A stretch of DNA of 64,000 bases, from NCBI GenBank assembly GCA_038060895.1, contig JBBTCT010000027.1:94000-157999 (forward strand), read 5' to 3'. How positions within the stretch are numbered: the stretch's first letter is position 1; each line of letters starts with the position of its first letter. A program made the position numbers and the translations under genes. Shown here in pieces: positions 1-10,278 of the stretch. Below the pieces are notes generated by a model. That model was not told the origin of the DNA, ran no database searches, and saw only the letters and a program-made list of their open reading frames with translations. This stretch comes from Planctomycetota bacterium. GTDB taxonomy: Bacteria > Planctomycetota > MHYJ01 > WSZJ01.

Positions 1-2
1 CC

Positions 3-455
3 ACGCACCTCGACGGGCACCAGCACCTTCACCTTGTCCCGCGCGTCGCGGCCGGCCTGCTCGCCCTCTCGGTGCCGCGACGGGTCCGCCTCGTATTCGA
101 ACATCCCGACGGCACGATCATGGCCGGGCCCGACAAGGCGGCGTACCTCAACCGCTTCCGCGAAATGTCCGCCGCTTCCCGCCCGCTGTGGGAAGCGGCC
201 GGCTGGCGCTGGCCGGAACGGCACCTCGGCGCGGGCTTGATCGGAGCCGTGCACCCCGGGACGCTCCTGCGCCTCCTCGATCTCGTCGGGGATGGCATTT
301 CCGAAGTCCTCGTCCACCCCGGCTACCCGCAGGCCGGCTCGCTTCCGTTCTCGACGTCGGAGCGCGAAATCGAGCTCGAGGCCCTTCTCGACCCGCGCAT
401 CCGCGAAGGGATCGGTGCGCGCGGCCTGACGCTCTCGAACTGGAGCGCCGTGTAG
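3..455 (+). CDS. ChbG/YdjC/HpnK-family carbohydrate deacetylase (5'-truncated by window edge)
   Basis: Frame is open from base 3 and reads THLDGHQHLH...GISEVLVHPGY...EREIELEALL, the hallmark YdjC motifs. Confidence 0.85.
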   Translation, partial: THLDGHQHLHLVPRVAAGLLALSVPRRVRLVFEHPDGTIMAGPDKAAYLNRFREMSAASRPLWEAAGWRWPERHLGAGLIGAVHPGTLLRLLDLVGDGISEVLVHPGYPQAGSLPFSTSEREIELEALLDPRIREGIGARGLTLSNWSAV

Positions 456-458
456 CCC

Positions 459-1487
459 TTGGAAATCGCGCTCGTCGTACCGGCGTATGGCACGGTCACG
501 GGGAACTCGATTTCCGCGCGGCGCATCCTGCAGGGGATCGTCGCCTCGGGCTCACTCGCAAAGGTCCTCGACGTTGAAGCGCTGGGCGTCTACATCCCGA
601 ACGTGATTGCGGCGTACGAGCCCGACGTTGTCCACGCGTTCCACGCCCGCAAAACCGGCTTCCTCGTCCGCGACTCTCGTCCCCTCGTCATTTCCCTCAC
701 GGGGACTGACGTAGGGCGCGACCTGGCGGTGCCGGACCACAAAGCAGAGGTCCTGGCCGCATGCCGCGCGGCTTTCGCGCTGGTCGTTCACCATCGCGAA
801 ACCGCCGCGCCGCTCCTGGAAGCGGATCCCTCGCTCGCGGCGAAGATACGAATCGTTCCGAAAGGAATGGGACTGCTCGAGGAAGCGCCCTTCCCGATGC
901 GGGAGACGTTTTCGATTCCGTCCGACCGACCGGTTTTCCTGATGCCGGGCGGGATCCGGCCCGTCAAAGGTCAACTGCGGGCGATTCATGCGCTGGACAA
1001 TCTCGGGATTGAGCTTGTGATCGCCGGCCCGCGGCTGGACGAGGAGTACGGGAAGCGGGTTGTCGAGGCGGCGCGGGAACGGCCGTGGGTTCGCCTCATT
1101 GAGATCCGTCCGCACGCACGGATGGCGGGCGCCTACCGCGAGGCCGACGTCGTCCTGAACGCCTCGGATGTCGAAGGGATGTCGAACGCAATCCTGGAAG
1201 CGATGTACTTCGCCCGCCCCGTGCTGGCTGCGGACATCCCCGGCAACCGCAGCCTGGTTGAGCCGGGCGTGACCGGGTTGATGTTCAGCAGCGACGCCGA
1301 GTTGCGCGAAGCCGCCCGCCGGCTCGCAACGGATGCCGCTCTTCGCTCCACCCTCGGCACGGGCGGCGCGATCCGCGCCAGGGCCCGGCATTCCGCGGAA
1401 GCCGAGGCGAAGGCGATGATGGAGATCTACCGGGAGGCGGCAGCCTCGATGGCCGGCGTCAAACGGACGCCAACCGTGCTGCCGTAA
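459..1487 (+). CDS. GT4-family glycosyltransferase (SenB/GLT1D1-like clade)
   Basis: GT-B motifs: GN-x-x-SARR, HAFHARK, LTGTD, IRPVKG, SDVEGMSNAILEAM, ADIPGN. Confidence 0.85.
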   Translation: MEIALVVPAYGTVTGNSISARRILQGIVASGSLAKVLDVEALGVYIPNVIAAYEPDVVHAFHARKTGFLVRDSRPLVISLTGTDVGRDLAVPDHKAEVLAACRAAFALVVHHRETAAPLLEADPSLAAKIRIVPKGMGLLEEAPFPMRETFSIPSDRPVFLMPGGIRPVKGQLRAIHALDNLGIELVIAGPRLDEEYGKRVVEAARERPWVRLIEIRPHARMAGAYREADVVLNASDVEGMSNAILEAMYFARPVLAADIPGNRSLVEPGVTGLMFSSDAELREAARRLATDAALRSTLGTGGAIRARARHSAEAEAKAMMEIYREAAASMAGVKRTPTVLP

Positions 1488-2692
1488 TGCGTCGCAATTT
1501 CATCCTCCTCTGGCTCGGGCAGTTCATTTCGCAGGCGGGCGACGCGTTGCTCTCCGCCGTTCTCGTTTTTCTCGTGCTGGCGCTGAGCCCGGAAGGAGTC
1601 GGCGGCGGACGCGCCGGGCTCGTTCGTTTTGCCGGGACCGTTCCATTCCTGCTCCTGAGCCCGCTCGCGGGGATGCTCGCCGACCGCGTCGATCGCCGGC
1701 GGCTGATGATCGTTTCCGACGTCGCGCGCGCCGCGGTCCTGCTTGCCATCCCGTTCCTCTGGCAGGCAGGGGAGTTGACCTGGCTCACGCTCGCCGTCGC
1801 GGCGTTCCTCGTCTCCACCTTCTCCAGCGCCTTCTCCCCGGCGATGAGCGCGTTCGTCCCGGACATCGCCGAAGGCCTGGCGCTCGTCCGCGCCAACGCT
1901 CTTCTCCAGACCTCCACCCAGCTGGCTATGATCGGAGGCATGCTGGTCGCCGCCGTGGCCCTCGGGGCCGCCGGTCCGGAGAGTGCGAAGCGGCCCGGCA
2001 CCATGGTCGTCCTCATCGCCGCAAACGGCGCCACCTTCCTCTTCTCGGCCGCCTGCCTCCGCTTCATCCGCACAGCCCCACGCCCCCCGCGCCCGGCAAC
2101 CCGCCCCGCCGCCGGGCTCACCCTCGCCCTCCGATCCCCACTCTTCCGCGCCCTCCTCTTCCTCACCGCCGTCGATAATTTCTTCATCATGGGACCGGCC
2201 ATGGTCGGAAGCGCCATTCTGCTGAAGACGACTTTCGGGCTCGGAGTGAAGGAACTCGCGATCTTCGAGGCGTGCCTTGCGGGGGGATGGTTCTGCGGGA
2301 GCATCTGGCTCGCTAGAAGAGCGACGTTTTTCCTGCCGAAAGGGAAGCTGCTGCTCCTCGGGATGTTCCTGGACGGGGTGACGTACATCCCGTTCTTCTG
2401 GATCCGGTCGTTTCCCCTGCTGTGCCTCGCGGTGTTCGTCCATGGCCTCACCATCCCGCTCATCACCGTCCCGCGCACCGTCCTCGTCCAGGAGCGGATC
2501 CCCCGCGAGATGCAGGCCCAGGCGTTCTCCCTCGTGCAGCTCACGGTCATCGGATTCACCTCGCTGTCCGTTCTCGCCACCGGCTGGCTAGGCGACCGGA
2601 TCGGCGCCCCGGCGCTCTTCCTCGGAGCCGGAATCGGGGCGATGGTGGGGCTCGCGGGCGCGTTCTCCCGGGCGCTTCGGCAGGCCACATGA
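1487..2692 (+). CDS. MFS transporter (DHA3/MFS_3-like efflux)
   Basis: About 12 hydrophobic segments, LWLGQFISQAGD start, motif A GMLADRVDRRRLM; translationally coupled to the glycosyltransferase. Confidence 0.85.
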   Translation: MRRNFILLWLGQFISQAGDALLSAVLVFLVLALSPEGVGGGRAGLVRFAGTVPFLLLSPLAGMLADRVDRRRLMIVSDVARAAVLLAIPFLWQAGELTWLTLAVAAFLVSTFSSAFSPAMSAFVPDIAEGLALVRANALLQTSTQLAMIGGMLVAAVALGAAGPESAKRPGTMVVLIAANGATFLFSAACLRFIRTAPRPPRPATRPAAGLTLALRSPLFRALLFLTAVDNFFIMGPAMVGSAILLKTTFGLGVKELAIFEACLAGGWFCGSIWLARRATFFLPKGKLLLLGMFLDGVTYIPFFWIRSFPLLCLAVFVHGLTIPLITVPRTVLVQERIPREMQAQAFSLVQLTVIGFTSLSVLATGWLGDRIGAPALFLGAGIGAMVGLAGAFSRALRQAT

Positions 2693-2729
2693 AGTGCGTG
2701 TAGCGCCTCATTATTATCAAACGCCCCTA

Positions 2730-2757
2730 TTGACATAGAGGCATCTCATCATATAAT
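2730..2757 (+). promoter_or_regulatory. sigma70 promoter of recQ, probably leaderless
   Basis: Exact TTGACA (2730-2735), 16-nt spacer, exact TATAAT (2752-2757); ATG follows 6 nt later. Confidence 0.8.
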
Positions 2758-2763
2758 GGAGGC

Positions 2764-4698
2764 ATGAACCTCGAATCCGACTTGAAGCGGCTCTTCGGCC
2801 ACGAACGCTTCCTTCCCGGCCAGAAACCCCTCGTCGAGGCCCTGCTCGGCGGGCGCGACGCCCTCGGAATCCTCCCCACGGGCGGCGGCAAGTCCCTCTG
2901 TTACCAGCTTCCGGCCTTTCTCAGGCCCGGCCTCACCGTCGTGGTCTCACCTCTCATTGCCCTCATGAAGGACCAGGTGGATGGGCTGAGGCGAAGAGGC
3001 ATCCCGGGATCTGCGGAGATTCACTCACACCTCCCGGCCGGTGAAGGAATGCGGCGGATCCGAGAAGCGGCGGCCGGCCGGCTGCGGCTGCTTTACCTCT
3101 CGCCGGAGCGCCTGTCGATCCCCGGCACCGTGACGGCCCTTCGGCGTGCGGGAGTGGCGCGCTTCGTCGTCGACGAAGCCCACTGCATTTCTCACTGGGG
3201 GCACGACTTCCGCCCCGACTACCTTGGGCTGTCGCCGCACGCAGCGGCGCTCGGGGCAGGAGCAACTCTCGCGCTGACGGCGACCGCGACCCCGCGTGTC
3301 CGTGCGGAAATCGTGGCTCGGCTCGGGCTGCGATCGCCCTGCGTCATCGTGAACCCGTTCGACCGGCCCAATCTGTTTCTCGGGGCCCGCAGGGTCGCCG
3401 AGGAGAAGAAGGTGGATGCCGCGGCGGGCGTGCTGGGCCGGGAAGGATCGGCGATCGCCTACGTTGGCCGCCAGAAGGACGCCGTGGAAGTCGCCGCGGC
3501 TCTCGTCGAACGCGGCATTTCCGCCGTTCCGTACCACGGCGGAATGGACAGCAAGCAGCGCGCCAGCAACCAGGACGCCTGGATCCGGGGACGCGCCCGC
3601 GTCGTCGTGGGAACCGTCGCCTTCGGGATGGGAATCGACAAGCCCGACGTCCGCGCCGTGGTCCATCTCCACCTCCCAGGATCGCTGGAGGCCTATTACC
3701 AGGAAATCGGCCGTGCCGGGCGCGACGGAGAGCCGGCGAACTGCTGGCTTCTGCACAGCCCGCGCAATTCGTCGCTTCACCACTTCTTCATCGAGCGCCG
3801 CTATCCCACCGAGGCCGAGATTCGCGTCGTACACGAGCGACTCCTCCTGGGAGAAGGGCCCCCGCCACCGCGGGAATTCCCTCCCGAGAAGTGGCAGTCC
3901 GCCCGCGCCTGGCTCATGGAGAAGGGGCTCATGGCTCCCGGCCGCCCCCTTGCGCCTCTTCCGTTGACGCTGGACCTCGCTTCTCTTCAAGCCCGCAAAG
4001 CCGCCGACCTCGCGCGCCTCGCGGCCGTCGAATCGTGGGCCGATGGCGACCGGTGCCGCAGGGCGGCGCTTCTGAGGTACTTCGGCGAGCGCCCTTCGCC
4101 GGACCTGGACTGCCGCAACTGCGACGCGTGTCGCCGATCTCCCGGCGATCATGCGCAGGCACGGGAGATGGGCGTCTATACGGGGCGGAGGGATCCCGAC
4201 GAAGAAGCGGTGCGTTCCGCGGTTCTGGCGGCGGCCACTGAGCTCGGTCCGCGAGGGATTTCCAGGCGCGTGCTCGACCAGATCCTCGCCGGGCGGGCGG
4301 AACCCGCGGCCCGAAAGGGGCTCCACCGGTCCGCCCACCTGGGTTCGCTGGAGGGACTCGCGGCGCAGCGGCTGATAGAGACGAAGAAGGCCCTGGTCGA
4401 GGAGGGGACCTTCGACGAGGTGCCCGGACCGGCCGCAACCTGGCTCCCGGGAAGTCCGCGGCCCGTTGTGCCGCACGCGGAAGCGGTCCGGATTCTACGG
4501 CTGGTGGCGGGGGATCTGGCGAGGCTCACACGGACGCAAGCGGCGCGCCGGCTGGGCGGGGATGCGGCGTTCTGGGCGGAGCGGATTGAGCTTCTCGCGC
4601 GGTCGGGGTATGTCGATTCGGACGGGGAAGCGCGGCTGGTGCTGACGCCGAAGGGGATGGAGGCGGTGGCGACGGCGGAGAGGCGGGGGGCTGTTTAG
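2764..4698 (+). CDS. recQ: RecQ-family ATP-dependent DNA helicase
   Basis: PTGGGKSLCYQLP, VDEAHCISHWGHDFRPDY, TATAT, AFGMGIDKPDVR, YYQEIGRAGRDG, Zn site CRR...DCRNCDAC; C-terminus diverged with no clear HRDC domain. Confidence 0.9.
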   Translation: MNLESDLKRLFGHERFLPGQKPLVEALLGGRDALGILPTGGGKSLCYQLPAFLRPGLTVVVSPLIALMKDQVDGLRRRGIPGSAEIHSHLPAGEGMRRIREAAAGRLRLLYLSPERLSIPGTVTALRRAGVARFVVDEAHCISHWGHDFRPDYLGLSPHAAALGAGATLALTATATPRVRAEIVARLGLRSPCVIVNPFDRPNLFLGARRVAEEKKVDAAAGVLGREGSAIAYVGRQKDAVEVAAALVERGISAVPYHGGMDSKQRASNQDAWIRGRARVVVGTVAFGMGIDKPDVRAVVHLHLPGSLEAYYQEIGRAGRDGEPANCWLLHSPRNSSLHHFFIERRYPTEAEIRVVHERLLLGEGPPPPREFPPEKWQSARAWLMEKGLMAPGRPLAPLPLTLDLASLQARKAADLARLAAVESWADGDRCRRAALLRYFGERPSPDLDCRNCDACRRSPGDHAQAREMGVYTGRRDPDEEAVRSAVLAAATELGPRGISRRVLDQILAGRAEPAARKGLHRSAHLGSLEGLAAQRLIETKKALVEEGTFDEVPGPAATWLPGSPRPVVPHAEAVRILRLVAGDLARLTRTQAARRLGGDAAFWAERIELLARSGYVDSDGEARLVLTPKGMEAVATAERRGAV

Positions 4699-4722
4699 AC
4701 CACGGCTTACATCGTCGCAGGT

Positions 4723-4889
4723 ACACGGAGTTCACGAAGGACACGGAAGACACAGAAAAATGAACTTGAACGAGTTGACCTACGCCGTGATTGGCGGCGC
4801 GATAGAAGTTCACGGGGTGTCGGGGGCCTGGGTTGCTCGAAGGAACATACTAGGTCTGCCTGCCTCTGTGCTCTGCGTGAACTCCGTGT
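4723..4889. repeat. Inverted repeat of 9-mer units flanking a GxxExxY remnant
   Basis: Left units acacggagt/tcacgaagg/acacggaag/acacagaaa (4723-4758); right units cctctgtgc/tctgcgtga/actccgtgt (4863-4889). A perfect 14-bp match, ACACGGAGTTCACG / CGTGAACTCCGTGT, extends to about 27 bp with mismatches and G-U pairs. Confidence 0.85.
4760..4862 (+). pseudogene. GxxExxY (PD-(D/E)XK nuclease-like) protein pseudogene fragment
   Basis: MNLNELTYAVIGGAIEVHGVS, a frameshift in the G-run at 4822-4826, then GPGLLEGTY*VCL; matches the family N-terminus (IIGAAIEVH..LGPGLLE..Y..CL). The rest of the gene is absent. Confidence 0.8.
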
Positions 4890-4919
4890 CAGACAGTAAG
4901 CGAGCGTCGCTCCCTGCCG

Positions 4920-5624
4920 TCACTGAACGCTCTTCCACGCGCTCCCCTCCGGCACATTGAGCGCCCATCCCCCGGGCGCTCCCGGCCACGACAACTGTCC
5001 CCCTCTCGAGTTTTCCATCATCGTTGCTCCCGGCGGCGGAGCGCCCCCTGGTCCGGGACCTTCGAGGTCGCGTGCCCAGATCGCGCCCGATTCGAGCAAA
5101 ATAAAAACATGGTGGCCCGTCGATTCCGGCTCCGCAGGCCAGGCCGTGAAACCGAACTTCGAGGGGTTGGAAGGGCCTCCCGCCTGGTACGGCCGCGCGG
5201 GATCCGAGTTGTCGGTGGTCATCGCGCGGAACAGGTAGCCGGCGTGCGGGACGGCGTAACCGGAGACCAGCATCGCCGTCACCTGCGGACGAGTCCCGCC
5301 CGAAGTCGCCAGCGCCGGCGCGCCGTCCGCCTTCGCCAGATCCGCGGAGATCAGTCCCCAGGGCGCCCCGTCATGGTTGGCGACCCGGTACAAACCGGAC
5401 CAGTCCTGGGTCCAGAAGTCCGCTTCACCATTGCCGTCCGCATCATTCTGCCGCCAGGCGGTCTCGGTGATCGCGACGTGCCGGAGAGCCGCGACCGCCT
5501 GGGACTCGTTGGAGGCGAGCCTGGCTCGCGAGAGGCTGGTCAACGCGATGGAGAAGAGCATGATCGAGATGGCGAGCACGATCAGCAGCTCGATCAACGT
5601 GAAGGCGGCGGCGCGACGTCTCAT
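4920..5624 (-). CDS. Prepilin-type N-terminal cleavage/methylation protein with DUF2950-like domain
   Basis: AFTLIELLIV pilin motif; PHAGYLF...FGFTAWPAE...TG..VFI resembles DUF2950; DADGNGEAD is a possible Ca-binding loop. Confidence 0.75.
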   Translation of the reverse strand: MRRRAAAFTLIELLIVLAISIMLFSIALTSLSRARLASNESQAVAALRHVAITETAWRQNDADGNGEADFWTQDWSGLYRVANHDGAPWGLISADLAKADGAPALATSGGTRPQVTAMLVSGYAVPHAGYLFRAMTTDNSDPARPYQAGGPSNPSKFGFTAWPAEPESTGHHVFILLESGAIWARDLEGPGPGGAPPPGATMMENSRGGQLSWPGAPGGWALNVPEGSAWKSVQ

Positions 5625-5659
5625 GGATCCATTCTAAGCGACGTGAGCCGGATGCGCCT

Positions 5660-7189
5660 TTATCGCCTCGTCACGAAAGTGACCCTTCCGGGCTCCGGCG
5701 GCGGGACGATGGCTCCGCCCTCGAAGCGGCGGAGGAGCGCGGCCTGAAGCGTCGTGGGCAGGGCCTTGCGCGGGACGCGAGGCTCGTCGGGCGAGCCCAG
5801 AACTTTCTTCCCGGCAGAATCAGACGCGAGTCGATTGGCGGCGAAGAGCGTGGAGGCGAGAGTGTAGGTCTTCGCGGGGTCAAGCGGCTGGCCGCCAACC
5901 TTGAGGCCGAGGATGCGCTGGCCGGCGGGCTTTTTCGCGTCGACGGCGAATTCAAGCCCGGAGACCGGGTAGTCGAGGCGCCCTTCGCGAAACGCCCCAT
6001 CCAGAAGTGTCCTGAGGTCCGCGCCGGTGATCGAGAAGACGACGAGGGTGTCTTCAAACGGGGCGGCCATGTACAGATCCCGACCCGTCACGGGGCCGCC
6101 GGGCAGGTCGTTGCGGATGCCGCCGCTGTTGATGAACGCTGCGTCCGCGTTTGCCGCGATGCGGATTCCGTCGGCGACGAGAAGCCCGAGGGGGCTCTCC
6201 GCCCCGCGGCCGATGAAGGCGGCGGTTGCGCCGGCGGGCTTATCAAGCTCGGTCCGGACGTACTTCTTCACGAGCTCGGCGGCTGCGGGGTCCTCCTTGA
6301 CCGAAGCGTCGATTGCGATCAGGCGCGCCTCCCGCGACGTCACCTTGCGGGATTCCATGTCGTACTTGAGATCGACGCGCCCGAGCGAGGCGCCGTCGCA
6401 TCCCGCCTGGACGATGAGCGTGCCACCGCGTTCAAACCCCTTTGGAAACTCGCGGTGATCGTGGCCGCCGACGATCAGGTCCCAGCCAGGCGCTTTTTCC
6501 GCGAGACGCGCGTCGGACTGGCTGCCGAGGTGCGTCAACGCAATGACGATGTCCGCTTCCGTGCGGGCGCGCTTCATGTAGAACGCCCCCTGGGGGGCGT
6601 AATCGGGCCCGAAATCGAGGTCAAGGACGTGCTCCGGGAGATTCATATTCGGAGTGCCGGACGTCGTGAACCCGATGACGGCGATCTTCAATTCCCCGGC
6701 CCGGAGGACCACGTAGGCCTTGGCGTATTCGACGATCGCCGCGACGGTGGCCGCCGGATCGACGCGCGTGACGGTGCAGGTCAGGAAGGGGAACTTTGCC
6801 AACCCGGCCAGCGCGGCGACGTTCTTGTCCCCGTAGGCCCATTCGTGATTCCCCAGCGCCATGGCGTCGTACTTTGCAAAGTTCATCCAGGCGGTCACCG
6901 CTTCGCCTTTGGTCACGTTTCCTTCCGGTGTTCCGTGAAAGAAGTCGCCGGCGTCGAGCAGCAGGACGGCGCGGCCCTCCTTCAATGCAGCCTCGCGCTC
7001 GGCCGCGATCGCCGTCGCGAGCCGAGCGACGCCTCCCCGGTCCGGCTTGCGCGCCCCTGAGGTCTCAAACTCGGACTGCGGCAGCATCGCCCCGTGGAGG
7101 TCATTGGTGTGGAGGATCGTGACGGTGCGCGTTTCCGCGGCCGCCGCGAGGGCGAAGAGGAGGGGGAGCCAGCGGAGGAAGCGAAGCAT
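5660..7189 (-). CDS. Secreted bifunctional metallophosphoesterase/5'-nucleotidase
   Basis: Signal peptide, HTNDLHG, LLDAGD, LGNHE, LTHLG, GGHDH, NSGGIR, PFED. Confidence 0.9.
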   Translation of the reverse strand: MLRFLRWLPLLFALAAAAETRTVTILHTNDLHGAMLPQSEFETSGARKPDRGGVARLATAIAAEREAALKEGRAVLLLDAGDFFHGTPEGNVTKGEAVTAWMNFAKYDAMALGNHEWAYGDKNVAALAGLAKFPFLTCTVTRVDPAATVAAIVEYAKAYVVLRAGELKIAVIGFTTSGTPNMNLPEHVLDLDFGPDYAPQGAFYMKRARTEADIVIALTHLGSQSDARLAEKAPGWDLIVGGHDHREFPKGFERGGTLIVQAGCDGASLGRVDLKYDMESRKVTSREARLIAIDASVKEDPAAAELVKKYVRTELDKPAGATAAFIGRGAESPLGLLVADGIRIAANADAAFINSGGIRNDLPGGPVTGRDLYMAAPFEDTLVVFSITGADLRTLLDGAFREGRLDYPVSGLEFAVDAKKPAGQRILGLKVGGQPLDPAKTYTLASTLFAANRLASDSAGKKVLGSPDEPRVPRKALPTTLQAALLRRFEGGAIVPPPEPGRVTFVTRR

Positions 7190-7353
7190 GAGTTTGAGGG
7201 GAGTAGTTTATCGCGAATTCGTGGGAGCGGGTGAACCGTCGCGCATCATCCAGCGTCCATAACGTGTGCCGTCGGGTGGCCGTACCGGGCCGCGCGGCGT
7301 GATGCTACGATTCCCCAGGAAGCTGTTGCCCACGACTCCGGAGGCTCGCCCTC

Positions 7354-8268
7354 ATGCTTCGTCTTTTCGCCCTCGTTGCGCTCTGCCTCGCCGCGCCGGT
7401 TGCGGCGCTGGCCGATGCCGGCGTGGAAGAAAAATTTCAGGCGCTTCTCGCGAAACTCGCCGACGACGCGTGGGCGGTCAGGGAACAGGCGGAGCAGGAC
7501 ATGGTCGCGCTGGGTCCGGAAGCGCGCCCCCTGATCGAGCGCGAGATCGGGCAGGTGAAGGATGCGGAAGTGAAAATGCGCCTGAAGAACGCTCTCGCCG
7601 AAATCGGAAAACCGCGCTGGGCGACGGGGATGAAGGCCGCCATGGAACAGTCGGCGCGCGCCGGGAAACCCATTCTCCTTGTCTGCGCGGATGGCCCACT
7701 TGACGCTCCTCGCTCCCGGGCGGGAGAAGCGCTTCGGCGCGAGCTCGCCTCGCCCATCCTCGCCAACGAGCTGAACTCGCGCTTCATCCTCCTCTGGTGG
7801 AGCGCGGAAGTCGCCGGAGCACCCGACGACCGCGATCCGAAGGCGGCGCCGTCCGAAGAGGGAGACACCGGGCCGACCGGGATGATCGGGCTCTATTTCT
7901 GCACGGCGAAGGGCGTCGTCCGGCACTACCTGCCGGGCTGGTGGTCGGGAGAGATGATTCGTGAAGACCTCGACCGGCTCAAACCGGTCTTCGCGGCTTC
8001 CGACTCCGGCGAGTGCGTCCGGGCGCGGACCGCGCAGGTGCGGTTGCTGGAAGCTGCCAACGAGAAAAAGGCCGCGGAAAACCCGGCGGAGATGGCCAAA
8101 CCTCCCCGGGAGTCCGGGATCGCGCGCGAGGTCGAGCGCACCCGGAGATTCATCGCAGCCTATCGCGCTGGCAGCGACGTCGTGGGGGAGGGAAGCGTCG
8201 AAGGCTACCTGAACCAGAGGATGCGGGACCTGAAGAGCCGCTGGCCCGACGCGCAGAAAGAACGATAG
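7354..8268 (+). CDS. Secreted protein with HEAT-like repeat and thioredoxin-like fold
   Basis: Signal peptide ending in ALA; [16 protein letters not shown]-like segment; W...[16 protein letters not shown] thioredoxin-like start with no CxxC. Confidence 0.6.
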   Translation: MLRLFALVALCLAAPVAALADAGVEEKFQALLAKLADDAWAVREQAEQDMVALGPEARPLIEREIGQVKDAEVKMRLKNALAEIGKPRWATGMKAAMEQSARAGKPILLVCADGPLDAPRSRAGEALRRELASPILANELNSRFILLWWSAEVAGAPDDRDPKAAPSEEGDTGPTGMIGLYFCTAKGVVRHYLPGWWSGEMIREDLDRLKPVFAASDSGECVRARTAQVRLLEAANEKKAAENPAEMAKPPRESGIAREVERTRRFIAAYRAGSDVVGEGSVEGYLNQRMRDLKSRWPDAQKER

Positions 8269-8290
8269 CAGCCCGGGTTTCTCCCGCGCG

Positions 8291-8318
8291 TTGACTTGCC
8301 GGACGCCGCGCGTACCAT
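8291..8318 (+). promoter_or_regulatory. Putative sigma70 promoter of the nucleotide-sugar operon
   Basis: TTGACT-16 nt-TACCAT, with an AGGAG Shine-Dalgarno before ATG 8348. Confidence 0.45.
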
Positions 8319-8347
8319 TCGCCCTCAATTCTTCAGCAGGAGCGGTC

Positions 8348-9300
<953 letters not shown>

Positions 9301-9304
<4 letters not shown>

Positions 9305-10278
9305 AGGTCCTGGTCACCGGCGGCGCGGGGTTCATCGGCAGCGTTACGGGCCGGGCGCTCGAAGTCGCCGGGCACGAAGTCGCGGTCTTCGACGACTTCT
9401 CGGCGGGCCACGAGTGGGCTTGCCGGGGAAAGCGGGTTTACCGCGGGGACATCCGGGACCGCGCCGCGCTCAACAAGGCATTCGGGGAGTTCCGGCCGGA
9501 TGCGGCGGTGCACTTCGCAGCCAAGGCGATCGTGCCTGAGTCGGTCTCGAACCCCGGCCTGTACTACGACGTCAACGTCGTCGGGAGCCTGCGGCTCCTC
9601 GAAGCGATGCGGGCTTCGGAATGCCGGAAGATCGTCTTCAGCTCGAGCGCGGCCGTCTACGGCATGCCGGAGCGGACGCCGATCGAAGAGGAGGCGCCGC
9701 AGAATCCGATCAATCCCTACGGGAGGACGAAGAAGCAATTCGAGGAAGCGCTTGAGGACGCGCGCCCGGCGGATGGGCTCGCCTTTGCGTGCCTGAGGTA
9801 CTTCAACGCGTGCGGGGCGGCCCCGGAATGGGGGCTTGGGGAGGTCCGGGAGCACGAAACGCACCTCGTTCCGCTCGTGATTCGCGCGGCGGTGACCGGG
9901 AAGCCCTTCACGGTCTGCGGCACCGACTACGCGACCCGCGACGGCACTTGCGTGAGGGACTACGTGGATGTTCGCGACCTGGCGGACGCCCATGTCCGCG
10001 CGCTCGAGCGCCTCCGTCCGGGGGAGGGAAGCGCGTACAATCTTGGGAGCGAGCGTGGAGTGACGATCCGGGAAGTTGTCACGGCCGCGGGTCGCGTCCT
10101 GGAAAAGCGGGTGCCCTTCGTTGATGGACCGCGGCGACCGGGGGACCCCGCGTCCCTCGTCGCGTCCTGCGCGAAGGCCCGGAAAGTCCTCGGCTGGACT
10201 CCGTGCCGCTCGCTGGACGACTCGATCCGCGCGGTGGCGGAATTTCTCCAATCCCGGGGGGATAGGAGCCTTCCATGA
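9301..10278 (+). CDS. galE: UDP-glucose 4-epimerase
   Basis: [60 protein letters not shown]. Confidence 0.9.
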
